From assembly GCA_018819225.1 (NCBI GenBank), contig JAHJQN010000007.1:1-64000 (forward strand): 64,000 nucleotides of DNA. Reading direction: 5' to 3'. A model generated the notes under the pieces. It worked only from the letters and a program-made list of their open reading frames with translations, was not told the origin of the DNA and did not search any database. Within the stretch, counting starts at the first letter, position 1, and each line of letters starts with the position of its first letter. Both the position numbers and the translations under genes were made by a program. This DNA comes from Candidatus Micrarchaeota archaeon (GTDB lineage: Archaea; Micrarchaeota; Micrarchaeia; Norongarragalinales; SBBD01). Shown one piece after another: positions 28,024-37,722 of the stretch.

Positions 28024-29529
28024 ATGCCACAACCGTTTCGCGCCAAAATATTTGAAGTCGAACAAGGCCACAACGAAGTCGTACTCAATGAAGAACGCGC
28101 CGTGTCCCTGGGGCTCAGCCACTTCGACCGCGTCATGTTGAGAGGACGCGGAAAAAAAGTGGCGGCCATCGTGGATTTTTCCGCGAAGCTCATCAAATAC
28201 GACGAAGTCGGATTGTTTGAAGAAGTCGCGGAGCAATTGGGCGTGAAAAATGGGGAGATCGTCTCGCTCGAACCCATCCACCGGCCCAACAGCCTCGACT
28301 ACATCAAGAAAAAATTGGATAACCAAACATTGAAAACGCATGAAATCGATTTGATCATCCAAGACTTGATGCAGGAAAAACTCGCTGCAACGGATTTGGC
28401 CGCGTTCATCGCGGCGATTTACACGAACGGAATGAACACGGAAGAAACCGCAAGCCTCACGAACGCCATCTGTAAAAGCGGGGACGTGCTGGAGTTCGAG
28501 GATAAAAACGTGGTCAGTGCGCACAGCATCGGAGGCGTTTCCGGCGACCGCGTCACCATGGTCATCGTGCCCATCATGGCTTCGCTGGGCATCAAGATTC
28601 CGAAGACGGCGAGTCGCGCCATTTCATCCGCGAGCGGAACCGCCGACGCCATGGAAGTGCTGACGAACGTGACCCTGGACGTAAAACAAATTCGGAAGGT
28701 CGTGATGAAAACAAACGGATGCCTGGTTTGGGGCGGGGCCGTGCATTTGGCGTCAGCGGACGACAAGCTGATCCGCATCCGGAATCCGTTGCGCTTGGAT
28801 CCCAAACCCCTATTGCTCAGCAGTATTCTCGCGAAAAAGAAGGCGGAAGGCGCGCGGTTTGTCATCATCGATATTCCCGTGGGGCGCGGCGCGAAAATCC
28901 AGCACATTGACGAAGGCCGCGAACTCGCGAAAAGCTTTGAACAGCTCGGCTCGCATTTGGGCATGAAAGTGCAATGCATTATTAGCGATGGCAGCGAGCC
29001 GTTGATTCCCACGATTGGTCCGGCGCTGGAAGCGCGCGCGGTACTGGAAACCCTGGAGCAGAAGCACATGAATCTCTTGCTAGAAAAATCGTGTCTCATG
29101 TGCGGGGTGTTGTTGCACCTCGTCAAAAAAATACCGAAGGAAGAAGGGTACCGCATCGCATTGGAACAAGTCAAGAACGGGAAAGCCCTGGAAAAATTGC
29201 AGGAAATCATGGTCGCCCAAGGAGGGAAGCGAAAGAAATCCTCGGAAATCGTCATCGGACCGTTGCGGGCCACGATTCGAGCTACCGAACGCGGAAAAAT
29301 CGGGCACGTGGACAATAAAGCGGTCTCGAAACTATGTCGCATGCTGGGAGCACCGCAAAGCAAGGAAGCCGGAATGATCATCCTCGCCACCAAAGGACAG
29401 CACGTGGAAAAAGGCCAGCCCGTCGCCGAACTCGTCTCCAACAGCAAAGAAAAACTCGAGTACGCGTTGCGGCAAGTCCCCCAACTCAAATTGTTTGAAG
29501 TCGAACGCATCATTATTGATGTCGTATGA
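28024..29529 (+). CDS. deoA: AMP phosphorylase (thymidine phosphorylase family, archaeal)
   Basis: N-terminal barrel domain; HSIGGV, IPKTASRAISSASGTADAMEVL, DIPVG, IGPALEA. Confidence 0.9.
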   Translation: MPQPFRAKIFEVEQGHNEVVLNEERAVSLGLSHFDRVMLRGRGKKVAAIVDFSAKLIKYDEVGLFEEVAEQLGVKNGEIVSLEPIHRPNSLDYIKKKLDNQTLKTHEIDLIIQDLMQEKLAATDLAAFIAAIYTNGMNTEETASLTNAICKSGDVLEFEDKNVVSAHSIGGVSGDRVTMVIVPIMASLGIKIPKTASRAISSASGTADAMEVLTNVTLDVKQIRKVVMKTNGCLVWGGAVHLASADDKLIRIRNPLRLDPKPLLLSSILAKKKAEGARFVIIDIPVGRGAKIQHIDEGRELAKSFEQLGSHLGMKVQCIISDGSEPLIPTIGPALEARAVLETLEQKHMNLLLEKSCLMCGVLLHLVKKIPKEEGYRIALEQVKNGKALEKLQEIMVAQGGKRKKSSEIVIGPLRATIRATERGKIGHVDNKAVSKLCRMLGAPQSKEAGMIILATKGQHVEKGQPVAELVSNSKEKLEYALRQVPQLKLFEVERIIIDVV

Positions 29530-30164
29530 CCCGACTCGCAACCGAAGAAGAAATCGAAGCGCTCCTGAAACGCTACCGTATTCCGCACGTGAACGAGGTA
29601 TGCGCAAAGGACTTGCCTCGCTTGTTGAATGCCTCCAGAAAACTGCCGACCCCCTGGGTCTTGAAAATCATTTCAAGAGACGCGACGCACAAGACGGACA
29701 AGGGCCTCGTGAAACTGAACATTCACAACGAAAACGAGTTGAAAAAAGCGTTTGCCACCATACAAAAAAAGGCGAAAGGCATTCGCATCGAAGGATACGT
29801 GATTCAAGAACAGAAGAACGGCGTCGAATTCATTGTCGGCGGAAAAGTCGATCCCGTATTCGGAAACGTGTTAGTATTCGGACTCGGCGGATTGTTCGTG
29901 GAACTCATCAAGGAGCGCTCGCTCCGCATCCTACCCATTGACGAAAAAGAAGTCCGCACGATGTTGCGGGAAACCAAGGCTTCGGCGTTCTTTACCGGTT
30001 ACAGAAACCAGTGGGTGTCTGAAGACGCGCTCGCCGCCTTCGTCATGAAGGCCGCGCACATGCTGTATCACGAAGAGCGCATCATGGAACTGGACTTTAA
30101 TCCCGTAATCGCCCGAGAACGCGAGATCCTCGTGGCGGACGCACGCATCGTATGGAACGATTGA
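29526..30164 (+). CDS. acdB: ADP-forming acetate--CoA ligase beta subunit (ATP-grasp)
   Basis: VLKIIS...HKTDKGLVKL, DPVFG..VFGLGGLFVE, ELDFNPV, DARI. Confidence 0.88.
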   Translation: MTRLATEEEIEALLKRYRIPHVNEVCAKDLPRLLNASRKLPTPWVLKIISRDATHKTDKGLVKLNIHNENELKKAFATIQKKAKGIRIEGYVIQEQKNGVEFIVGGKVDPVFGNVLVFGLGGLFVELIKERSLRILPIDEKEVRTMLRETKASAFFTGYRNQWVSEDALAAFVMKAAHMLYHEERIMELDFNPVIAREREILVADARIVWND

Positions 30165-30165
30165 C

Positions 30166-31566
30166 ATGACCCCCGAACTAGCGGCCGTAATGAAGGCCTT
30201 GACGCAACCGAAAAGCATCGCCGTAGTGGGTGCGTCGCGCGACCCGCGATCCGTCGGCCACGGAGTGTTAAAGGGATTGGTGCACGGATGCGTATTCGAA
30301 AGCGGATCCTGCATACCGTACAACGGAATCGTATACGCAGTCAACCCCAAGGCCAAAGACGTTTTAGGCAAAAAATGTTTTGGGAGTCTAAAGGATATTC
30401 CCGGCAGCGTCGAAAGCATTGTGGTCGCGATACCCGCGAAATTCGTTCCCCAGATCATGGAAGAAGCAGCGATAAAAAAAGTGAAGGTCGCCATCATTGT
30501 TTCAGCGGGCTTTGCGGAACTTGGAGTGGAAGGAAAAAAGCTGCAGGAAGAAGTCGTCAAAAAAGCGAAAGCGGGCGGGATTCGCGTCTTGGGGCCGAAC
30601 GTGCTCGGCTTGCTCGTTCCTCCAAACAACTTCAACGCCAGTTTCGCGCTCACCACCCCGGAACCCGGAAATATTGCGTTCATCTCACAAAGCGGCGCGC
30701 TCGCCGACTCGGTTGTGGATTGGGCATTGCAGGCAAGATACGGATTTTCGTTTCTCGCGAGCCTCGGGAATACCGCGGACTTGGATGAAAGCGATTTCCT
30801 GGAGTACGGACTTGACGACCGCAAAACCAAGGCCATTGCCATGTACCTCGAAGGCGTGAAAAACGGGAAGAAGTTCTTGAAAACCGCGAAAAAAGTTTCG
30901 CAAACCAAACCTATTATTGTCTTAAAAGGCGGGAAAACCGAACGCGGAGGCCAAGCGATTGCATCGCATACCGGCTCGTTGGCAGGAAGTTACGCGGTAT
31001 ACCAAGCCGCTTTCAGGCAAGCCGGCGTGTTCTCGGCTGAAAGCGTCGAAGACTTGTTTGATTTAGCGAAAGCGTTGGCATCCCAACCCCGCACGCAAGG
31101 AAAAAACGTGGCGATTATAACCAACGGAGGAGGCGTCGGGGTATTGACTGCGGATTATTGCGCGGAAGCCGGCTTGAACGTGGTTCCATTGAAACAAAAA
31201 ACACTCGAGAAACTGGAGAAGAGTGGAAAAATGCATGCGGCTTACTCGCACAACAACCCGTTAGATCTCGTGGGGGATGCATTACCCGACCGGTACGAAG
31301 CCGCGGTGAACACCTTGCTTTCGGAACCGTATATTCACAGCATGATCGTCGTGCAAACACTGCAAACCATGACGGACAGCCAAAAAGATGCGGAAGTCGT
31401 GGTGAAGGCGCATCAAACGTATCCGAACAAGCCCGTCGTATGCGTGTTCATGGGAGGCAAGTACTCCGCTCCCGGAGTCGCCACGCTCAGAAAACACGAT
31501 ATACCCGACTACAATGACCCGTTAAAAGCCGTTAAAGTACTGAAGGTACTGAGCAGCATCATTTAA
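30166..31566 (+). CDS. acdA: ADP-forming acetate--CoA ligase alpha subunit
   Basis: PKSIAVVGAS, SAGFAE, GPNVLG, SQSGA, SHTGSLAG, NPLDLVGD. Confidence 0.9.
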   Translation: MTPELAAVMKALTQPKSIAVVGASRDPRSVGHGVLKGLVHGCVFESGSCIPYNGIVYAVNPKAKDVLGKKCFGSLKDIPGSVESIVVAIPAKFVPQIMEEAAIKKVKVAIIVSAGFAELGVEGKKLQEEVVKKAKAGGIRVLGPNVLGLLVPPNNFNASFALTTPEPGNIAFISQSGALADSVVDWALQARYGFSFLASLGNTADLDESDFLEYGLDDRKTKAIAMYLEGVKNGKKFLKTAKKVSQTKPIIVLKGGKTERGGQAIASHTGSLAGSYAVYQAAFRQAGVFSAESVEDLFDLAKALASQPRTQGKNVAIITNGGGVGVLTADYCAEAGLNVVPLKQKTLEKLEKSGKMHAAYSHNNPLDLVGDALPDRYEAAVNTLLSEPYIHSMIVVQTLQTMTDSQKDAEVVVKAHQTYPNKPVVCVFMGGKYSAPGVATLRKHDIPDYNDPLKAVKVLKVLSSII

Positions 31567-31614
31567 TTAAAAAAAAGATAAAAAGGAGCTTTCGCTCCTC
31601 TTTTCAATACTTTT
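31566..31614. terminator. Hairpin flanked by A/T runs between convergent genes
   Basis: AGGAGC-TTTC-GCTCCT (31584-31599), GAAA loop on minus strand, T runs on both strands. Confidence 0.65.
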
Positions 31615-32084
31615 TACGGTAGAGACAACGGCTTCGATGCGATGTTGTTGGTTTCATCGGATTCCAACACGTCATTGAAGATGTCGGCAATTCCCGTCAC
31701 CGTATAGTTTCCGTACTCCAACAAATAAGTCTGGCTATGCGAAACCGTGATTCCGGGAGCCAAGCTTCCGACGGCAAAGTTCGATGCGTGCATTTCGGGC
31801 CCGGTCACGTTAATCTGGTCCGTGAAGTTGTACGCAGTCGTATTGCCGACGTTCTTAACGGAGAACGTAACGGATACAACGCGTTCGCAGTTAACGGGCC
31901 CGCAAATCGTCTTGCCTTTCTTGACCGACAGGCTATACGCTAACAAATCAACCGTCGAATTACCGAACGCCATCCCGCTTTCCGGGTTCGCGACAGACGC
32001 GCCCCCGGTTTGAGCAAGAGCCGGCAACGCCAACACGGCCACAAACAAGGCCGCAACGAGACTCGATCTACTACTCCAATTCAT
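31614..32084 (-). CDS. Secreted CARDB (Ig-like) domain protein
   Basis: Signal peptide; VKNVG, LAPG, GNYTVTGIAD...ESDETNN. Confidence 0.8.
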   Translation of the reverse strand: MNWSSRSSLVAALFVAVLALPALAQTGGASVANPESGMAFGNSTVDLLAYSLSVKKGKTICGPVNCERVVSVTFSVKNVGNTTAYNFTDQINVTGPEMHASNFAVGSLAPGITVSHSQTYLLEYGNYTVTGIADIFNDVLESDETNNIASKPLSLP

Positions 32085-32212
32085 ATCGTCTTCACCTCTT
32101 AGATAATGTCACGCGGATACGTTCCGCAAGAACAAGAGAGAGCTACGCCTGGACCACGTAATATATCTTGGGCGGTCCGTTGTTCAGGAAAAACGTCCCA
32201 AAAGCGTTCCAA

Positions 32213-33595
32213 CTACTCCTTTCCCTTGAACCAATCCGTAAGAAACAATTCCGCGGTATTCAAGAAGCGTTCCACGCGAATAATCTTACGTTTCTCCAAT
32301 GAATCAATGACGCGGAAGAACGACGTCTTCGGAATCTTGGTTTCAAAACGCACTTTCGAGAAGCGTTTCTTGTCCCCATGCTCCAACAAATAATTGACGA
32401 CCTCTTTTTCGCGCTCGTTCAGGGTAGGCAGTATTTCGTCCGCGCGGTGTTTCGCGAGTGCCACATGTCCGTGAGGCTTCAAATCCTTCTTGAACGCGGC
32501 CTGTACCAACCGGAACCCGCCTACCAAGGCCGCTAGAATAAAGAACATCACGAACAGCACGAGCGCCCACCCGTAGACGTCCACGCCGCCCTCCATGTTC
32601 GGTTGCAGTTCCGCTTCGAGAATGATGCGAATCGGTCCGGAACCCTCCTGCAACACGCGAGCCGAAACCGTTTTGCGTCCTTGCGAGCTATTCGTGACGA
32701 TCAAGTAATCGCCGGGCGGAAGCTCCGCGAAAAACGCGCCGGAATCATCGGTAATCAACTGAACCGTCAACTCCAGTTCTTGGGTAAACACGTCCAGTTG
32801 TGCGTTCGCAACGGGTTCTCCGCTGGAATCCACTACGGTTCCGTGCAAAGAAGGGGGAACCGGCGTCAAAAATAATGTTGGAACGGGCGTGGGAGCTGGC
32901 GTCGGCGTAATCGTTGGCGGACGCATCGGAACAACGGGAGTAGGCGTCGGAGTTTCAGCAGGAGGAAGCAACGGTTCTGAAGGCGTCCGCGGAGAAACCA
33001 TAATGTCCGTGGGAGTCGGCGTGTACGTAGCATTCGGAGTCGTGGTCGGAGTTCCGGTGGGAATCGGTGTGGGCGTGGGAGTCGGAGACCAGCAGGCAAC
33101 GGCACAACAGAACCCCGTGTCCGAAGCGTTCATCCATTGACCTCCTGGACACGTTTGATTCTCGCTGCAAACAAAGCCTCCTTGCTGCGAGCACGTTGGA
33201 ACCGGGGTCGGCGTAGGAGTCGGCGTGGGAGTAGGGGTGGAAACGGGAGTGAAGTTCACATTAACGTATTTCACTAAACCAAACGCAGACGCATTCGCGT
33301 TGACAACCGCTATCCCTGCAGAAGAAGATGTGAGGTTAGAGGTCACGTATCCGTTTGCATTCGTCGTTCCGCTCGATGGATTCAATAATCCGCGTGTCGA
33401 TTGGAAATAAATCCATTGGCCTTGAAGCGGAGTACCGTTTCCATCCGTTAATCGAGCCGTTAACAAGGAAAAGGAAGATCCATCCGCAGGAACCGTTACG
33501 GGATTCGCATTAAACGTTAAATTCGCTGCGAAAGCCTGGGAAATAAACAAGAGTAACAGAAGCCCTACGATTTTTTGCACGAATCCTGCACCCAT
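32213..33595 (-). CDS. Surface protein: Big_1-like Ig domain, PT linker, Cys-rich module, prealbumin-like fold, TM, cytoplasmic winged HTH
   Basis: VPADGSSFSLLTARLTDGNG..GTTNANG; TPTP repeats; LHGTVVDSSGEPVANA; TM; LNEREKEVV...IPKTSFFRVIDSLEKRKII. Confidence 0.8.
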   Translation of the reverse strand: MGAGFVQKIVGLLLLLFISQAFAANLTFNANPVTVPADGSSFSLLTARLTDGNGTPLQGQWIYFQSTRGLLNPSSGTTNANGYVTSNLTSSSAGIAVVNANASAFGLVKYVNVNFTPVSTPTPTPTPTPTPVPTCSQQGGFVCSENQTCPGGQWMNASDTGFCCAVACWSPTPTPTPIPTGTPTTTPNATYTPTPTDIMVSPRTPSEPLLPPAETPTPTPVVPMRPPTITPTPAPTPVPTLFLTPVPPSLHGTVVDSSGEPVANAQLDVFTQELELTVQLITDDSGAFFAELPPGDYLIVTNSSQGRKTVSARVLQEGSGPIRIILEAELQPNMEGGVDVYGWALVLFVMFFILAALVGGFRLVQAAFKKDLKPHGHVALAKHRADEILPTLNEREKEVVNYLLEHGDKKRFSKVRFETKIPKTSFFRVIDSLEKRKIIRVERFLNTAELFLTDWFKGKE

Positions 33596-33882
33596 TTCGC
33601 GTACGCCTTCTCGCTTTTCACATCGCTCCACGCTACGATGCAGGGCACTTCATACGAATGAAGCTTTTTAATACGCGCCTCCAATGCCGCGTAATGTTTA
33701 CGGGTGGTCTTGATCAACAAGGCCCATTCCTTCGCAGTATGAAACGTGTTATTCCATTCATAAAACGAGCGGACCGGAAACGCGTTCACGCACGCCGCCA
33801 GTCTTTCTTTCACAACCGCTTCCGAAATGCGTTCCGCTTCCTTCTCGGAAGCGCACGTCACGTAGACCGTGATCAACGACAT
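33565..33882 (-). CDS. cutA: Divalent-cation tolerance protein CutA
   Basis: ERLAACVN, SFYEW, LIKT, HSYEVPCI. Confidence 0.93.
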   Translation of the reverse strand: MSLITVYVTCASEKEAERISEAVVKERLAACVNAFPVRSFYEWNNTFHTAKEWALLIKTTRKHYAALEARIKKLHSYEVPCIVAWSDVKSEKAYAKWVQDSCKKS

Positions 33883-33883
33883 G

Positions 33884-34765
33884 CTACATCGCTTTCAAAC
33901 GCTGGATGCGTTCTTGAATGGGGGGATGCGTGCTGAACCACTTGCTGATGTTGTCGCGCTTCAACGGATTGGAAATGAACAGATGGGACGTGGCATTCGA
34001 AGCGTTCTTCATTTGAACCGAGTCCTTTTCAATCTTCTCGAGTGCGCCAGCCAGTCCTGCCGGATACCTCGTGAGCTGCGCAGCGCTCGCGTCCGCCATG
34101 AACTCGCGTTTCCGGGACACTGCCATCTTAATCAATTGCGCGAAAATGGGGGCGAGGATCGCGAGTGCAATACCGAGAATGACGACGTAGACGCTTCCGC
34201 GTCCTTCCCGGCGGTTGCCGCCGCCCCAAATCGTGGAGCGCAGGAGAATGTCGCTTAAAATGATGATGCTGCCCGCGAACACGGTTGCCAGCATCATGAC
34301 CTTGATATCATAATTACGGATGTGCGAGAGCTCATGCGACAACACGCCCTCCAGTTCCAAGCGGTTCATGCGCTTCAATAACCCGGTGGTGACGACCACG
34401 ATGGCGTGTTGCGGATCCCTACCCGTCGCGAACGCGTTCATCGCGTCCTCATCCATCACGTACAAGCGCGGTTGCGGGATTCCGGCGCCTAATGAAAGCG
34501 CTTCAATGGAATGGTAGAGGTACGGGAACTCTTCCTTCGTTACGGGACGGGCTTTCGTAACCGAGAGCACGATTTTGTCGCTCTGGTGGTACATGACGAG
34601 CGTGAGAATGACGGCGATGACGACCGCGAACACGAACCCGAAGTTGCCGAGTCCGAGAACGAACCCGAACGCGTACGCGATGAGGAATAGCAGGAGCAGG
34701 AAGGAAGCAAACAAAAAGTAGGTGCGGCGTTGGTTGCTTTGAATCTCGTCGTAGAAAGAGGCCAT
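33884..34765 (-). CDS. htpX: HtpX-like M48 zinc metalloprotease
   Basis: NAFATGR, HELSH, SRKREFMADA, FSTHPP..ERI. Confidence 0.93.
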   Translation of the reverse strand: MASFYDEIQSNQRRTYFLFASFLLLLFLIAYAFGFVLGLGNFGFVFAVVIAVILTLVMYHQSDKIVLSVTKARPVTKEEFPYLYHSIEALSLGAGIPQPRLYVMDEDAMNAFATGRDPQHAIVVVTTGLLKRMNRLELEGVLSHELSHIRNYDIKVMMLATVFAGSIIILSDILLRSTIWGGGNRREGRGSVYVVILGIALAILAPIFAQLIKMAVSRKREFMADASAAQLTRYPAGLAGALEKIEKDSVQMKNASNATSHLFISNPLKRDNISKWFSTHPPIQERIQRLKAM

Positions 34766-34866
34766 GGAGTAGGTAGATGGAAAAGCTTAATTAAATATCT
34801 CGTGGTCTGCCCCACAACGCGGGAGAAAAAGGGTTATTAAACGGTTTTGTTAGTACTCCTATCTCT

Positions 34867-34985
34867 GCTCCCTTCGTCTAGCTCGGTCAAGGACTCTGGC
34901 CTTTCGACTTTCCTGCTCCAAACATGCGCATGGGAATGGGAAAAAAAGAAAGCCAAAAACACGGGTTCAAATCCCGTAGGGAGCA
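34867..34985 (+). tRNA. tRNA-Glu(TTC) with a 44-nt intron at canonical position 37/38 (34907-34950)
   Basis: GCTCCCT/AGGGAGC acceptor stem, D arm, anticodon TTC at 34903-05, T arm ACGGG-TTCAAAT-CCCGT; BHB-like motif with CTTT/AAAG central helix; TTATTAAA promoter. Confidence 0.9.
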
Positions 34986-35018
34986 TGTTCAAATCCTAAA
35001 CGAAGCATTGCCCGTAGA

Positions 35019-36071
35019 TTATTTACTTGATATGATTCGCTCGAACATTGCAGATGCCTCTTTATCGGACATGTGCTTTGGCGAAGACTTCATTAAAAAT
35101 GGGCACACGTCTTTAGCGTTACTTTGTTTACTATTATCTACAAGAAATTGAGCGACTCGAATGGCATCGATAATGGTGCCAGCTCCATTGATGCTGATTT
35201 CATCTTCAATTACTGAATGGATTGAAATCGGAGTTTTCCCGAACAATTCTCCTTCAATTAACAAATCAACTCGTTTGTGACCAGAAGGTTTTCCAGTATA
35301 TTGAAACGTTACGGATGGTCTTGCGTCTTTTTCGTCCAAATATTTTGAGAGTGCCTCTCGTTTCGAGCTCTCTTTTGTTTTCGACCTATGTAGTAAATTA
35401 TAATGGTCTGCATTCCCCCCTTGATTTTTTTGCTCCGATTTTGTGATCCGAATACCTCGCAGTTTTAAAAATTCTAAAAGAAGACGGTTCAACATCGTTG
35501 CACCCATTTGACTTTTTGTATCGTCACCTAATAAGACGAGATCACGTTCTTCGAATCGTTTTCTCCATTTAGAATCAGTAACTAAAGGGGTAGGAATGCA
35601 ATTGATATAGCTGCATCCTGCATTCAGCGCAGCTTCTGCATACCAACGGGTTGCCACATCACTTCCCGAGGGCACAAGATTAACAACCACTTGCGTATTC
35701 GTATCTTTGAGAATTTTAACAACATTCTCAACAGGAGCATTGCTTTCAGAAATGAAACTGTCGCGCATCTTCTCATGAATACCGTCAAGGGTAGGACCTC
35801 GATGAACTACCGCAGGGTGTTCCGTTGGAGATGTTATTTCACGAGTGACATTCTTTCCTAACGAAATGGCGTCCTGTAACTTTTTCCCCACCTTTCGTCG
35901 GTCTACATCAAAAGCCGCCACAAATTTAAGGTCGTTGACACGATAATTACCAATCAAGGGATGCATTAAGCCAATTTTTTCGTCGGGATTTTTCGCGTAG
36001 TACGAGACTCCTTCAACTAATGCTTTTGCTAGACTCCCTACTCCAACTATCGCCACCCGAAGGTTATCCAT
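35019..36071 (-). CDS. Myo-inositol-1-phosphate synthase family protein
   Basis: RVAIVGVG, FVAAFDVD..KVGK, VHRGPTLDG, INCIP, GDDTKSQMGAT, GGNADHYNL; visibly AT-richer than core genes. Confidence 0.85.
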   Translation of the reverse strand: MDNLRVAIVGVGSLAKALVEGVSYYAKNPDEKIGLMHPLIGNYRVNDLKFVAAFDVDRRKVGKKLQDAISLGKNVTREITSPTEHPAVVHRGPTLDGIHEKMRDSFISESNAPVENVVKILKDTNTQVVVNLVPSGSDVATRWYAEAALNAGCSYINCIPTPLVTDSKWRKRFEERDLVLLGDDTKSQMGATMLNRLLLEFLKLRGIRITKSEQKNQGGNADHYNLLHRSKTKESSKREALSKYLDEKDARPSVTFQYTGKPSGHKRVDLLIEGELFGKTPISIHSVIEDEISINGAGTIIDAIRVAQFLVDNSKQSNAKDVCPFLMKSSPKHMSDKEASAMFERIISSK

Positions 36072-36177
36072 AGTGATTAACCAAACGACAATTACTATTA
36101 ATAAAAGTTGAGATGCTAGTCTTTCTCAACGGGGGTATTGTAACTTGATGTTTAAGACGCGTCGGGAGCGCTTAAGC

Positions 36178-36477
36178 CTAGTTCCGTAAGGCGATGGCAA
36201 GCATTTTCTCGAGGTCTCGGTAGTCGTTCTTGCGCTCGAGAAGGCAGGCAATAATGATGTTGGGCTTGATGACCGCGTAGATTAAGCGGGTTTCCTTCCC
36301 TTCCAGGCTTAAACGGACGCGGAATGCCCGCAAAAACCGCTTGGAATGGATGCGCTTGAAGCGATAAGGGTTCTCTTTGACCAAGTCGATTTTGCTGCCG
36401 ATGAGCTTCCGAGACTCCTTCCCGAGCTTTTTTACCTGATCCAAAAATAGCCGAGTGGTCCTGATTTGGAAGCTCAT
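36178..36477 (-). CDS. RelE/ParE-like toxin
   Basis: F..QVKKL...I..KI..V..NPYRFK...FRVR...RLIY; ATGA-coupled to the upstream gene. Confidence 0.75.
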   Translation of the reverse strand: MSFQIRTTRLFLDQVKKLGKESRKLIGSKIDLVKENPYRFKRIHSKRFLRAFRVRLSLEGKETRLIYAVIKPNIIIACLLERKNDYRDLEKMLAIALRN

Positions 36478-36728
36478 GCGGAAAGCGCCGCCTTCAGCTC
36501 TTCTTCACTTGCAAGCTGCTTACGTGCGATGCTGGTTTCCAAGATGTGGTCGATCAACGCAATCTCTATATCAGAAAGGGTTTCGTCAAATTGGCTTTTC
36601 TCGAAAACCTTTTCGCGCACGCTATCGTAAATCAAATCCTGGAGGTTTCGGTAGCCGAAGGTGTTCGCGTAGCTCCTTGCAGCCTTAAAGAGCTTCCTCG
36701 GGAATTTCAAGTTCACTTGGATAGCCAT
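36474..36728 (-). CDS. Putative RHH antitoxin
   Basis: MAIQVNLKFP..L..AA...GYRNLQDLI.D.VREK ribbon-helix-helix pattern, acidic tail; start trimmed. Confidence 0.7.
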   Translation of the reverse strand: MAIQVNLKFPRKLFKAARSYANTFGYRNLQDLIYDSVREKVFEKSQFDETLSDIEIALIDHILETSIARKQLASEEELKAALSA

Positions 36729-36865
36729 AGATAGCTTGGGATACCGTAGTATTAAAAGGATTGCGGAGGGCTTGTTCCCGTGAACGGAAGATTTGAAGTG
36801 CTCCTTGTTTCCCGTAGGGAGCATCCTTCTTGAAGCGAAGTTGGCGCAACGTTTTCTTAAGATGC

Positions 36866-37618
36866 TCACTTCTTTATCGCAACGTGTTGAATAAAGTCCG
36901 CTCCGTATTTCGCAAAAGGCCGCTCGAAATCCCCGAACGTTTCGATCTTTGAAAACCCCGCGTTGGCGAGCAATTCAAGCATTTCATTTGTGCGAATCGG
37001 ATAGATGTCGAGAAACCAGTGGTGTTTTTTCCCGAAATAGCTGAACCGAATCAAGTCGTCTCGCCGAACCACCGGTATGACCTCGAAGTTCTCCCCGCAA
37101 TAAACGAATTTGTGCTTGCTCTTGTAACCCGTGTCGAGAATCATATCGTAGTTTCGGTGGTCAATGATGAGCATTCCGCGCGTTTTCAGCAAACGGTGAA
37201 TGCTAGAGAGTACGGATTCCCTATCCGGTCGGTCGAATAAGTGAGTAAACGAATTCCCGAGAAAAATGACGGCGTGGAAGCTGGCGGGTTTGAAACACGA
37301 ATCAAGTTTTTTCCAGTCCGCACGGACACAACGGAGTATCACGCGTTCCTTGGCTGCGTTATATTTTGCTCGCTCAAGCATGTGAGGACTCGCGTCTAAA
37401 CTCGTGACTTCAAACCCTTCCTTCGCCAAACGGATGCTATCGTAACCGGTTCCGCAGGCGACATCCAAAACATTCACGGCGTTCATACGACGCAAATGCT
37501 GAATGAAGAACGATCGCTCACCTCGCTTTCTTCGCCTCCAATCAATAAAGGAATCCCAAGCGTTGGCAACGTGTCGCGGGTACTGTTTCCAACCATGAGA
37601 CTTGCCCATATCGCCCAT
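36866..37618 (-). CDS. Class I SAM methyltransferase, glycine/sarcosine N-methyltransferase-like
   Basis: WDSFIDW..R...E, LDVACGTG, LGNSFTHLF, IDHRNYD.IL..GY..KH...YCG, DFIQHVA. Confidence 0.8.
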   Translation of the reverse strand: MGDMGKSHGWKQYPRHVANAWDSFIDWRRRKRGERSFFIQHLRRMNAVNVLDVACGTGYDSIRLAKEGFEVTSLDASPHMLERAKYNAAKERVILRCVRADWKKLDSCFKPASFHAVIFLGNSFTHLFDRPDRESVLSSIHRLLKTRGMLIIDHRNYDMILDTGYKSKHKFVYCGENFEVIPVVRRDDLIRFSYFGKKHHWFLDIYPIRTNEMLELLANAGFSKIETFGDFERPFAKYGADFIQHVAIKK

Positions 37619-37722
37619 AACGATCTAAACAGATAGTAGGTATTGGAAGAATATCAAGTTATTTGGAAGAAAAATAGGCAAAAGGATAAATAGGCTTAAT
37701 GATTTCATTATTCTGACCACAC

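Noticed and set aside
28419-30908. Long antisense ORFs (389 and 325 aa) and similar shadows elsewhere
   Set aside because: Mirror frames of well-supported genes, expected from codon bias
36729-36869. N-terminal extension of the antitoxin ORF
   Set aside because: Spans the promoter and att-like repeat; the RHH pattern starts at 36728
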